Assembly (NCBI GenBank): GCA_904063045.1
Contig: CAJFCJ010000002.1
Span: forward strand, 2,785,891 to 2,849,890
Direction: 5' to 3'
Length of the DNA stretch: 64,000 nucleotides
From: Dimorphilus gyrociliatus
Taxonomy: Eukaryota; Animalia; Annelida
The translations under genes were made by a program, and so were the position numbers. Shown in pieces: positions 1 to 13,500 of the stretch; position 1 is the first letter of the stretch, and every line of letters begins with the position of its first letter. The notes under the pieces were generated by a model. The model did no database searches, was not told the origin of the DNA, and saw only the letters and a list, made by a program, of their open reading frames with translations.

Positions 1-738
1 ATATAATCAATAAATGCGCCCGTAAGTGTGAGGAGGTGGCTAAGGGAGAGGGAGAATGGGGGAGGGGAAAAATGCCCCTAGTATAGATTATTAATGACCA
101 GTTGTTTATTCGACTTTCTAAGCGTCCTTGCATAATTTACACTATTCTCTTTTTACATCGGAAAGGTTATTGATTTTTCGAGTACCTGCTAGCATTCGTC
201 AATTAACTTACCAATCGTGAACAGCGTTAAACGACTCCTCATTCGTGATATCATACATAAGAATAAATCCCATAGCCCCCCGATAATAGGCTGTCGTTAT
301 TGTTCTGTATCTGCAAAGATTAATTTCAAATTGTACTCGTTATTGATTACTGAACTAATAAAATATTCAAAATCAAGGTATTCTTCTCAAAACCAATAAA
401 TAAAGCCATAAAATTGTCTTTCCTGTTTTCATGGAAAATAACATACAACTATAAAATTATAAAAAACAAAAGTACTCAATCAAACTCTGAATCAATAATA
501 CGTTTGCTTTTTGAATAGATCATACTCGAGTAAAGAGTTTATAGTATTAGATTAATATATCTAATTATTAAGATGTATAAAATCTTGTTATATAAAACAA
601 GGAAAATTTAATAAACGTATCAAGATGGCGGAATACGAAAAATTAATTAATCACCTGATGATTTCAAAATATACTGTAATATACCTTGATTATTCAGAAT
701 GAGTTGGAAAAGAGCATAAACACTAATAAAAAGCTCAC

Positions 739-983
739 CGTTCTTGTCCAGCTGTATCCCATATTTGCAGCTTTACCCTTTTATCTTGCCTGAAGACGGT
801 CTTCACCTTAAAATCAATCCCTACCGTCGAAACAAATGCCGATGTGAAGGAATCATCCGCATATCGGAATAAGAATGAGGTTTTGCCAACGCTTGAATTG
901 CCGATTATGAGCAATTTAAACATATAATCGAAATTCTGGTCGGCTGCATCTTTGGTCCACTGACTACTGTTCGATGAAGCCAT
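739..983 (-). CDS. Rab3: Ras-related protein Rab3, first coding exon (gene continues beyond the left edge of the window)
   Basis: Translation [82 protein letters not shown] is the Rab3-specific N-terminus with G1, G2 and G3 motifs. The acceptor tttttttgcag abuts the ATG at 983. The donor CG|GTGAG at 738 is phase 2. The ORF-track start at TTG 989 lies in the intron. Confidence 0.96.
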
Positions 984-1289
984 CTGCAAAAAAATGCAGT
1001 TGATGCAGTAACTGTTGACACTCCTGACATATGGGAGAGTCTATCATATGTATTTACTAAAATTGATACATTTTCAGTCTTTAAATTTATTTTTATAAAA
1101 TTGTATTTATAACAAGCTTCCAGCCTTCAATAATTTAAATAATTATCTGATTTAGGTTTAATTCGTTGGAAATAGCCCTTAATAAAGATTAACAGATGTT
1201 AGTTTTTAAAGAATAGGTTAATATACCTTTTACTTCGTTTGGAATGTTTCGAAAATTATGAGAGAAAGTGTAATCAAAGAGAAAAAACG

Positions 1290-1482
1290 TCTAATCCTTC
1301 GTAAAATCCTATAGTTAATCAACTATGCCGCCATATTTACTAGACAGTGGACTCGTCCTCATTAACAAAAACCTTTTCTGACCAATCACCGTCGACTACG
1401 CTTTGGTGGATGTATTCTAGACAAATCGGCAATACTACGGGTTTCATTTAGAACGCAAATACACCGCTCATTACTATTCAAC
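1290..1482. promoter_or_regulatory. Bidirectional promoter region shared by Rab3 (minus) and the POU2 gene (plus)
   Basis: The two ATGs (983 minus, 1483 plus) diverge 500 bp apart. YY1-type motifs occur on both strands: GCCGCCATATT 1327-1337 and AACATGGCGG 1480-1489. CCAAT box at 1382-1386. Candidate Rab3 5' UTR donor AAG|GTATAT at 1226 (minus). Confidence 0.6.
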
Positions 1483-4455
1483 ATGGCGGAGCCATCAAAT
1501 ATGGCGAATGAAAATCATCAACTTGGTAAGATTTATTCCATATTCATAATTACGAGTTAGCATAATGAGTTACCTGTAATGTCGTTTTTTAAAGTTATTA
1601 CTAACAAATCGCTAGTTTTTCTTATTTATAAAATTTAAAAATGATTATTCCTTTTTAAACGCTATTCTTTTCTATTTCCGCATTACAATCCTTACCGAAC
1701 TTTGTGAAGTTGTAAACAATGCATAAATATTATCTTTTTTAAATATTTTACAACTTGTAAGTTGATATTTTAATTTATAAAACCGATCTAGCGTGTGATA
1801 TTTCGTGTTTAGTTGCTAGACAACATGTACACACACATGACTTACATATTCATACACGCAAAAACATGCAAATGCGTTTCATTATGTAGTCTATACATAA
1901 TTATATTCTTGGCGCTTTCTCATCATTTCTCAACAAATCTTTTTAGTTATTTATCATAATTTAAATATTAGAACAAAGTTTGTTCTGATTGCATCTAAAA
2001 TATGACTAATTAATACGTTTCGTTTACTACAAGAATATTTTACTTCTCATTTGCAATTCACATTTACCCAAAGGCGTTCTTATATATGGAAAAAGTATGC
2101 AGCATAGTTTACTTAAATATTTATGTATGCAAAGTAAAGCAAACAGCTTATTGAATTAAAAATAATTGCTTACGCTACAGGCAATGCAGACCACGGAACT
2201 CAACATCTTATTCAGCCTTTAATACAGGTAAGTTAAACATTACGAAATTTAATGAAACAACTATTTAATATTCATTTATTTTTTCAAAGGTAAACGCCAA
2301 TGGTAATCCAGTTCAAGGTGTACAATCTCTTATACAGGTGCCTGCAAATAAGTATTATTGATCAGGGGTGTGCTTTTCGAAAGAGATTGTTAAAGATTAG
2401 ACTAGACCAAAGGAAAATCTTTTTTTATGTGTATAAATAATTATAATATATTAATATTATTAACTCTGAGCTTCAAACATAACCAGAACATTTTTTTTTA
2501 TACTCCCTTAAGAAAGCTAGTAAACAGTTATAACATTTAGCTATCAGTTAAAAGGCGCGCCCACCACAATAAAAAGAACAACAATAGTTTAATTTGTATT
2601 TATTTCATTGTATAGATTCCTGTTGGAACACCTCAAGGAAGCCATATTCAAATATCTACCCAAGAATTGCAACAACTGCAGCAAGCCTTGACTGTTCAAC
2701 TCCTTCAACAACAGGGTACAAGTGTCGTCACTCAGCAAACTCAAAGTGCACCCCAATTGAGTACCACCGTTGCCAACAGCAATATTAATACCACTTCAAA
2801 TAATTCAAACTTAACAGCTGCTTTGCAGGCGGTAAGTTGATGCTAAATTAATCTTTGGAAAGTTTCATTCTCCAAATCATTAGAAAAAAGAAAACTGTTA
2901 CTCCCTCTGGTATTAGGTACATCAACGAAGTTCTATTTGCTACATAACTTAATACTAGAGGATTTATTTTAAATTTAAAGTATAATTTATACCACTAAAA
3001 TGTAAAAGAAAAAAAATGCTAATAATATGAATATTCATTTTTGCATTAATTTATTTCATCTCAAACTTTGTTTTTTTTGAACAAATTATTAAGCGCGACG
3101 TTGGCGCCAGCATAAATATCGCAAATTATTCTTATTCGCTTATTTCATTATACAACACGCGCTTGATAATGAGATGAATTATTCATTAGGCGTTACGAGG
3201 CTTCATTTTTATTTACGATGCTGCTTTCGCAGGCACAGTTCCAGACGCTACTCGCTGCTTATCAGCAAGTTCAAGCTCAGGTAAAAACTCTTTTGATTTT
3301 GCTTATCAGTTAATGTTTAACTTTTATATTCATTTTTATTATCAGTAAAATCTATGTAATAAACATATGCAAATTTAAAAATCCCCTAATGAATATTCAT
3401 TAACAGCAATTGCAACAAGACAATACGCAACAAAAAATTCAACAACCTTCACTGCAGCATGCTGTTAATATTTTATCCCCTCAAAATGCTCAGAATACTG
3501 TCAATCAGGTTGGTTTATTTTTGATTTATTGTATTTCTCTATATAACATTGGATAAAAACGTGAATAGGAACTTAAATCCAATATTGAATTAATTGGCTA
3601 TACTTTTTTGGGGGTTATAACTTTGTAACATTTATTCATGAAAATTATACAAATAGTCTGTGCCATTTCCAACAAAATTTTATTGACATATAAGAGATAT
3701 TGGGAAGGAATTTAGTGCATATCTAGAAATCAACATTTCTTCAAACAGTATAATATTACTTCAATTTAAATAAGTGATTAAATTACACAAGAAAGGACAA
3801 AAAAGGTCAAAATATTTATAATAAACTGGTTGGAAAATTTCCCATGTTTATCGTTAAAACAGACTCCGATTCAAGTTATCCTTTGATAGTAAGTCCATAT
3901 TTTTATATTAACTTACTTTTTATTATATTGCTATAAATGAAAATAATCTTGTTAAAGAAGATTAATGGGCCTAATGTCCAGATGTACTGTATAGGATGCA
4001 AATGATAATAACAAAAAAGAAATATACTTCTCTCAATTAAGACATAAGCAAATTTCTTATTTATAAATTATTTTATGTTCAATCCTCTTTATCTAACAAT
4101 GAATAGAGCATATGGTTAGTTTCCTTCTCAATATACTATGATTCACATTTTTAAATATAAAAATTACATTTTGATATTTATATAAAGTAAATTAAAAACT
4201 ATCTTGCTCAAAATTAAAGAATCACAAGCCAATCGGTAAAGATTCTTTAATACTTTGTTGTTACTTGAATATAGTTATGGTCAATTTGTCCCTATAGGCG
4301 ACCTCCACAGTTGGAGTGACCCCAACAATTGTTCAAGTAACCTCATCGCCACCCATAGTACTTTATTCGATTCATTCGAATCAGCCAAGCAATACGACGA
4401 CAACTACTTCCAATGCCACCGCACAACAACAACACCAACAACACCAGCACCAACA

Positions 4456-4487
<32 letters not shown>

Positions 4488-5676
4488 AGCAACAACAGCA
4501 GCAGCAACAACAACAACAAATTCAATTAGCCTCCGGTTTGTTCCTAAGTCTTTGCGACATTTTCTAATTCATTTTCTGATCATATATTTTTACTCTGACA
4601 GTAGCGGCCCAGCCATCGCAAGGCCAGCAGTTTTTACTTATTCAACCACCTGGTGGCGCACAACCGCAACTTGTTCTCGCCACTCAACAAGTTATCAACG
4701 CTGTACAGACCGTCCAACAGGCATCCCAAATGGTCTCTTCGACTCAATCAAACACACAGGCAACACCAGTCGCTGTTCTGCCAACAACACCACAACAGAC
4801 ACCAGCCTCTCCATCTACTCCCAGCTCTTTAAGGAATCTACCTCCGGTAGTAAGTGTTTTTCAAAAAGAAAAGAGTTTTTTTAAGAATTTTGTTTTTTAC
4901 AGGAAGAGAACATTGATTTAGAAGAACTTGAGCAATTCGCAAAACATTTTAAAAGGCGGCGAATTGAACACGGTTATACCCAAGGAGATGTTGGAATCGC
5001 TATGGGAAAAATGTATGGGAATGATTTTTCCCAAACAACCATTTCCCGATTTGAAGCTCTTAATTTGAGTTTTAAGAATATGTGTAAATTAAAGCCAATG
5101 TTACAGAAGTGGTTACAAGATGCCGAAGCTCTGAAAACAGCTCAGTCTGTTCAAATAGCCAATCAGAATCAGCAAAATAATGTAGTTAGTATGGATGCTG
5201 ATCAGCAAAATGCCGTCTTTCTTCCTGTATCAAGGAGGCGGAAAAAAAGAACGAGTATCGATACAGCAGCCAGAATTTCTCTAGAGAAGCACTTTAATGG
5301 AAATCCGAAACCTACTGGTGAACAAATTCAACAAATAGCTGATCTTCTTGGTATGGAGAAGGAAGTAGTCAGAGTTTGGTTCTGTAATAGGAGGCAAAAA
5401 GAGAAGAGAATTAATCCCCCGTCCCAATTAGCTGCCGCTGTTGCTGCTAGTTTGGCAGCCAACGGTAATAGTTTCACTACAAAATCGGAGTCTTCCAATA
5501 CGCAACAGGGGGGAATGGGTGCAGCATCGCAACTTGTCTCCCAGGTTGCAATCCAAATACAGCAGCAGCAACAACAGCATTCGAGTTTGGATGGACAGTT
5601 ATCCTTGCCGGTCGTAGTTTCTTCCGAAAATTCTGATACAAAACTTTCGGCACTTTTACATTCGCAGTCCGCTTGA
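1483..5676 (+). CDS. POU2F: POU domain class 2 transcription factor (Oct-1/Oct-2/nubbin-pdm-like), about 587 aa, 9 exons
   Basis: Phase-consistent exons 1483-1525, 2181-2227, 2290-2337, 2616-2831, 3233-3280, 3407-3508, 4298-4535, 4602-4849, 4903-5676. The last exon encodes the POU-specific domain ([10 protein letters not shown]...[27 protein letters not shown]) and homeodomain (RRRKKRTSI...[15 protein letters not shown]); GNDFSQTT and KEKRINPP are class II signatures. The N-terminus is Q-rich. The exon 3 donor (GTGCCT) is weak. Confidence 0.93.
4424..4519 (+). repeat. Coding CAA/CAG repeat (QQQHQQHQH followed by Q23) in POU exon 7
   Basis: Mixed CAA/CAG codons read directly; 23 consecutive Gln at 4451-4519. 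Confidence 0.95.
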
Positions 5677-8600
5677 AAGACTATTGTTTTTATTATTACA
5701 TTAATAATTTAATTATTTCGATTATTTTGACAATCTGATACATGTATTATACTTGTTTATTCGGCTGCGTTTTATGCAAGTCAACGAAGACTGATGGTTT
5801 TTGTAAATAGACTTCTGTTTTTTTTTTTTTTGGCTATTTTGATAACGAATCGTTTTTGTTTGACGTGCTCTTAAAAATACAGTTTAAAATATCATCGAAG
5901 TAAATTATACACATATTCTTACATAATTTGTTAAAAGAGTATTTGATGTTGATATGGTCAAAGGAAAAAAAAGCCTACTTTACTTTTTATCCTACCACAA
6001 ACTCATATTATATAAAACAATAGATGGAGACACTTGTTGCCCAGTTGTAGTATTTAAGAATGAACTCGTATGATAAGTGAGCTGAAGAGAATAATTAAAT
6101 AGGTTTTCTTAGCAATGAGAGATGGAGAGATATAGTTAAAATAAATAAAATGTTATGATAATAAGATTCGTATAGATAAAAAATTAAATTATATCAAAAG
6201 GAATATAATATTTCAGAGTTATTGCTTTGTCTCAGTTAACCAATAGCCAACGATTCCTCCATAAAGAAAGAAAAATGATTATTTGAATTTAATGCGATCT
6301 CTTAAAAAACAATCGAGATTGGTATTAAGAGAATGAATGATGAGAGAAGATAATAAGATAACTACCAAGAGCTATTGTAACTTTAATATTCATTGATGAG
6401 GGTAAACAATCAAATTATATAATAGCTGTAAATTATATACTTTAAACGGTAAATCTACCAGTCGTTAGTAGGTATTATTGTAGTTGATCAATTTATAATT
6501 TCGGTAGTAGCACACATAGCTCTGCTACCAAGGTTTTATAACATGAGTATTATAAATTAGCTTCTAAGACATTTTCTGATGTATAATCCTTGTCTTTAGA
6601 GATCTGTAGGCAGTGAGATGATCCTTTTGGAATAAAAGGGATAAGGTAGCAACCTCTAAGAATTTTACATTTTATCATAATGAAAGAAATTTACGGTTAT
6701 TTTCAAATAAATAGCAATATTTTCTAAAATTGCCATTGATTTTTCTTAGAAAACAAATTTGTGATAACTCTTAGTCCCCTCCCTCACTTCCTTTTTTTAT
6801 ACATTCTTTTATTAAGACTTTTTCCTAATTCTTCTTCTTCTTCCCCTTATTACTTTCTCTTCATCTGCTTCTATACATATGTGCCTTTTGTTTAAATGAA
6901 AAAATCTACCCTTTTCAATTCGTCAGTACCTTCCACTAAGAATTTCGTCAAACTTCATTTGAGCACGAGGACAAAAATAACCAATAATTTACCCAATCTT
7001 GCAAATCTCGTTTCCTTGGAAATATTTATTGGACTATTCGTGAATTGTTGATAGAAACTCAAGCATAATGCTATATATAACTATTAAATATATATGTATA
7101 TATTAGTATGTATTAATAGAAAATAGGCTTTTCTATAGATATTCTTAGATGTGTAAATTTATTGCATGTTTTATTCGTTTCGGCTTTATAGTTAGATTCA
7201 AAGCTTAGTAAGGGATTGAGATATATCTACAAGCAAACAAAATTGCTTTGTTACAGTATATTTTACAATTTAACATACATCATTATGTTTTAATATGACT
7301 AAAGTTTCTTTTGTTTTTATGTATTAAGGAAATTTAATCAGCTTAGATTGTTTATTATTTAAGTTTTTAAGAAAATGTAAATCAAATATAATGGTAACAC
7401 TAGAGATTTGTCGATACTACCCTAGAATTGGGTCTAAAGTCTACAAATTCTACAAACGTATTCATAGGGCAAATGCCACCAAATTGTCGTATTCTACTGT
7501 TAATTCCGTTATTGTCTGCGGACCAAGGCTAATAATTATCATCTTTAAACAGATAGTCTAACCTCCTCTTTATCTTCTTTCTCTTTTTTTATTTACTAAT
7601 TTAGAAGATAAACACGTTCTCAGCTCGTATTTCTTTCTCTTTTTTTTTATAAATTCATCACCCCAGTCCGCTTCACCAATCTAACCAAGTTAAATACAGT
7701 CAAGTCATGCGATATAATAACGCTTCTCTAATTCCTCGACAGAATTGAACTAATTATGGATCATTTAGCAATAAAGTTACCATGTCCTTTTTTTATATTA
7801 TTCTGTATTATATATTTTTTTTAAACAATATACTAAAATTAGTATTAAATTAGTATCAATAATTGAAAAACAAAGATTAGATATATAAATAAAACCACAG
7901 AGGAATAGATTTATATAAAAAAAAACATCTTCCATTCCTTACGGATTCACAAAGCTATCAAAATACGCATAAGTAGAATAAAAAAAACTATAGTTAAACA
8001 CTAGGCACTAACTAGTTAAATACTATATTCGACTGAGGCATAAGTGCTGTAATAATAAAACATGAAACCCATTTCCTTTTCTTAACATTTCTAAAAAAAA
8101 AACAGTATTCATGAATAGGCTGTAGGAAAAGTCATATTGTTTAATCCATAGGCGACTTTTTCTTAGCAGTTCCTTTTTTTTCTTTTTTTTTAACAAAGAC
8201 TGACATTTTTGCCATTGAGAAGCCATACACAGAATATATACTGCATTTGTTATATATATAAATTTATATAAAGTATATATTCTATTTAAAAATTCAAAGT
8301 AAATATTAAAAATGCATATACTTAATGATTATTCTTTTTCTTATATATTTATAGAAGAATCCAGAATTTAACCACCTACCCCTCCACACACACATACACA
8401 CACACACGCACACACTCCTATTTATCTGCTTATCCCTTAAACATAGATTCTTTTGCGTCTTAGGTTCCCTTATCTTTATTCCGTTACTACTTGCGTAAAT
8501 CACATTTTTACACATCCTGGTTAAATAAAAGATCATCTAGGCCTATAGCAAAGGAAATCTGCACTATAATTGCATTGAGTTGGCTATAAATCGGTTAAAA

Positions 8601-10599
8601 AGCCAATAAGATATTCTGATTAAAAAGATTGAGTTTGTAAGGATTTCCCTCTTTTAGATATAAAAATTCATTTCTGCTTTAGTTTCCTCTCTTGCTATCC
8701 AGAGACTACTTCTGGTGACGTTTTCTTTTGTAAAGAGCAATAGAATTCATATATATGTTAGCCATTAGATTCTCTAATAGACCTGCTAACAGAAAGTCCG
8801 GTTCTTTAGGCATGAATAATAAACTTAAGCGGAACCATGCCGTAACAGCTCCTATACGCGCTCCCACTGATTATTACGTAATCTGTGAATGGCTACACCA
8901 TCTACTCGTAACTGTTATTCTAAGAAAGATCAATTCATCAACTAAAACTGACAAATCGAAAACGAGATCGAATACCATTTTTTTAGGATGACGCAAATAT
9001 ACAATATATATTAAAATTTAAATTTCTGTCAATATTCATGCATGTATTGAAGAATTTTTGATAAGTCATACAACTCATATTGCTGATTCACTAAACCATA
9101 CCCCCCATCGATTCATTTAGGTCGAGTAGGCCTACCACTTCCTCTAAAAGCCAATGAAGGCCGGTTATTATTCACCGGTTCTCCTACCGGTCTCTAGATT
9201 GTTTGCATTTTAGGGTAGATACTTTTGGGTGCGGGATAACATACCAGTCGATTCTTGTTCCAGTATACCTTGACTATTTTCTCTAGCGAATACTGAATAA
9301 CTACGTGAAACATTACTATTTCGTTCGAAATACTTTACTACACTAGGAAACTAAAATGTTACTTAGATGGTTTGTAATCTTTAAATTTTCATTTAAATCT
9401 ATAAAAACTTAGGCTTACAAGGAATGCATTAGTTTTACAATATGGCGGTATATTTTTGTTAAAGCGGTAGTTTTTTAAACATGAAATTTTCTCCAGGTGA
9501 GAAGGGTTAGAATAATAGAGATTTGATTTTTCATTTATCTAGCATGTCCTAAAGCTCTATTAATTATTGCCAGAGGTTAAAACATTCCATTGCTTGCGAA
9601 CTATTATTTCGCTTGAATAGGGGAATTTTTTTACCTAGTCAGATTTAAAAATGTGTTACTAATACGAAAGGTTTTAAACTAGAATACTATGCGGATATAA
9701 TGGAATATATAGTTATTGTATAGCGACATTTTCACAAATCTAATGAAAAAGTAGTGTTATTTGAATTGTTTGAATTTCGTATATATTTGCTATATACCTA
9801 GGCATATTTGAATTGGTAGTCTGTAAAGATAAAAACAATTGAAATTGACTAGGAAGATTTCGCTCCTATATAAGGAATAGACCTTGTATCTTTCGTATCG
9901 TCCCGTTTTACAACTTTTGGCAGGTTGAGAAAAGCTGCGTAAATATTATTATAAAAATCTTTGTTTTTTATCATTTACACATATCATTTATCATTCTTTG
10001 GGGCTACTTGGTGTGATAAAGAGCGTGATCTAGCGCCTTATCTCTTAACAACTGTTTAAAGTGTTCTCAACTTAATCTATGCATACGTATGTTAACAACT
10101 TTTTGATGCCATCATTGTTTAATGCCCGGAAATCTTTTTATTAATTGGTAGAAATGTAATTAACAGCGGCTAGACAGTTTGAAAATATCTATAATTTGTA
10201 TTGGATTTGTACGCTCAAATATTAAATAAAAATTGATAAAAATATTAATGCTGGCTGATTAGACAAACTGACTTAAATTAATAAAAGTGAATAGCTTTAA
10301 AAGGTGTTGTTTTCCAATAATTGCCATATATTTCGCTTAGTAAAGCTCTAGTACTGTTTGAGTCAGATGGAAAATGATTCATTGTTTTCCACTAAATAGC
10401 ATGAATTTTATATGTATGTGTAATTGTAAAATAAGCTTACTGTGGAATTCTTGTATATCTTGAAATTCTAGATTGATAAATTTCTCTTTTGAGCTTAGTA
10501 TAAAAGTTACATCAATTTCCCTATAATGATATTTATTGAACATGTACGATAACTTATTTTACCATATTTGCAAACAATATCATCTATACTAGCTAATAA

Positions 10600-13500
10600 A
10601 TGACGCTACTGTATATTTATAGTACTTTATTTTGTTTCAGCTTAGTGAGTTTTGCAATGGTGATTACCATTCGTAAGTTTTTCTATTATTAAATGAAGAA
10701 TATTCTAAAAGATCGCCATTATTATTATTTTAGTGGCTGAAGGCCCTATAGCACCTACCATTAAATCAAATTCTGATGAAGTTATTATGATAGACAACGA
10801 CTCAAAGTTGAAATGTTCACTCGTTTGGAATCAGCGTAATGCTAGAATGGATGCAAGGTATATTCGATTTATTTTGTCTTATAAAGCTTTTAAACATTGA
10901 ATTTAACTTCAGAACTGGAATTTATAAAATAGCTTTTAACTATGACGCACCTACCATCGATCCTGTCAGAAATAAAAATAAAATTCACTTGGATGAAAAA
11001 GCGTCTAATACGTTTGAAATTGAAAATAAATTCGAAAATAAAGGTTATGCTTGGTGTATGGCTTCCTTTGGGGTATTTGGTCAAGTTAAATATTTTGTAT
11101 CAACAACGAAAATTCGAGTTTTACCCAGTGGTAAGTCATTTACTCGGCCGTAAATTACTGATAGGGAAGAGGGATTATATACATATTTTATTTAAATTAC
11201 AGCTTCTAAACCGGGTCAAAAAATGCTGCTACCTGATAAAATTACTAACATAACGAGAAATCAATTTGTTGAAGCACAGATTGACAAATATAATTGTGCA
11301 GCCGCTACAGGCTGTATTTTTCAAATTCGTAGCGAAAAGTTTGTAAATTCAGAACTTGTAACTGTTAAATATGAAGACAGTGTTGCCGTTGATCCCACAA
11401 GTAAGTTTCAAAGTAAAATGACAGTGCTTTTACTGAATAACACATGTTTTTTAGCTGGAAAAGTCTATATCATACAAGCAGATTTCGCACATGTCAAAGC
11501 TACAGATTTCGTTTTGACAATTGTATATAAACCAATAGGAACTCAAAGCATTCTCGGATTTTTAAAACTTGGAGTGAAATACCATAACGATATCAATGCC
11601 AAATCCAAAGACCTCGAACTGCTTCCCTCGGAAGGTGATAGTGTTGATAAACTAGTTTATAATGGACAATATGGTGTTCCGCTAGTCTGCATTCCCACTG
11701 AGAAGTATATATTTTTATTTAGATTGTGAACATTAATAATACCTCGATAATCCGATAGAGTTGCAGTTGAATGGTACAACTCAACCGGCAAATTAGCTAT
11801 TCAAAATTCAGATTTATACACTTTCGATAAAAGTGGCTGGGTTATGTACATAAGTAAGTTTAAATTAAAAATTGAAATATTTTATTATATTATAATTATT
11901 ACAGATAAAGTAAGCAAAAGTACTGCCGGTAAATACGATTGTAAAGTTCACAAAAATAACAAGGTTTATGAAAAGCCTTTTGTCGTTCGAATTTTTGGTG
12001 GGTATACACTTTCCTTATAAAACCTGAAATATATTTTTTTAATAAAAATAGAGCCTGTGAAGATTACCACCAAGCAGCAAAAAGATGTTATTGTTAAAGT
12101 AAAGGAATATGACGCTGCTATCGATTGCAAAGCTAAAGGGACTAATCAAATCAAAATGTATTGGAGAATAATAAAATTTGGTTCAGGTTCAAGTCCGTAT
12201 GTTTCAGGTAATTTCTAAATTTGTTTGTAAGCTATGATATATTATTCTGAAAATGATGTTTGCAGATGAGCAACCAAAGGAAAGTTTTGAATCAGGAGAA
12301 ATAACCTATAGAAAACGTATAACTGAGAGCACAACCATTATATGCTATGCTGAGAATATTTTGCAAGGATTTGATGGTAACAAGAAGAAATTTTTCGTCG
12401 ACTCTTATGCTTATACTATCTACATTATCCGTTAGTGTTTTAATTATGAAAATGGTTGATAAATTAACTTTTTTTGCTGTATAGGCAATATGATAATTGA
12501 AAATCAACCTGAAGATTATAGCCTTGCTCTGGGAGAGGACACAACTATAAAAGTAAGATTAAGACATGGAAATCTATTTGAAAGGAATTGCCAATGGTTT
12601 AAAGATGGAGAGGTAAATTAAATAAGAATTTATAACATTGTGTTGCTTTTTTTAATAACAATAATTACTACAACAGAAAGTCTCTGAAGATAGAGAATAT
12701 AAGCCTACAGTTGACTATTATGAGCGTGATGTAATAGATTGCATCTTGAAAATCGAAAAAATTCAGTTTGAGGATGAGGGAAAATATCACTTGGAAGTAA
12801 ATGATGGGGTGACAACATTGATATCAGAATCGATGACATTATCCGTTTTGGGAACGACTAGTAAAGAGCCAGGAAGTAAGTTGTAAAAAATTATCAAATT
12901 TATTTTTCTTGAGAATATACCTAGACACAATAATAAATCTTGTAAGCTTTCTCTAGTAAACATTCTTTACATCTCTATCAGTTCTACTTTCTTGCTATAC
13001 TAAAGTAGCGTATCAATTTTCTTAAACAATACTCTTCGTAAACAAATAGTTCAGTTATTTTTAGTAGAAATATAGCAAGTTGTTGATTCTTTCTAACTTT
13101 TTTCACGGTACATTTCGATAATCTAATGTTGTAGATTTATTGAAGGACTTGTTTTTCATTGATAAAATTCTTTAACGTTTGTTGTTTGATATTTTGCTGA
13201 GCTATGTATATTGCATTTCAGAGATAGCGGAATCTAGTTTGGCTAATTTATGGTGGATTCTCTTAGTGATCTTGTTTATCATAATTGTGGTCGTTGTTAT
13301 CATTGTTATCTGCTTGTACCTGCAGGTAAAAGTCATTGAAGTCATAGGTTTTAAATCTTTAAGCAATAACGTTTTTCGTTGTCTAAATAGCGAAACAAAG
13401 GAGATGAGTATAATATTGATAAGCTCGAAAGAAAACAAGGTCTTGATCCAGAGAAGGAATTGCGAGATGAAGAGTTTAAACATTATCAAAGAGCGTAAGT

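Noticed and set aside
4255-4884. 209-aa ORF and antisense poly-Leu ORF (4343-4525) overlapping POU exons 7-8
   Set aside because: Alternative frames of the CAA/CAG repeat and Q/P/T-rich exons are naturally stop-poor; no domain content.
8755-8991. 78-aa plus ORF in a slightly GC-richer patch between the POU and Ig genes
   Set aside because: No recognisable domain or splice partner; may be UTR or regulatory sequence.
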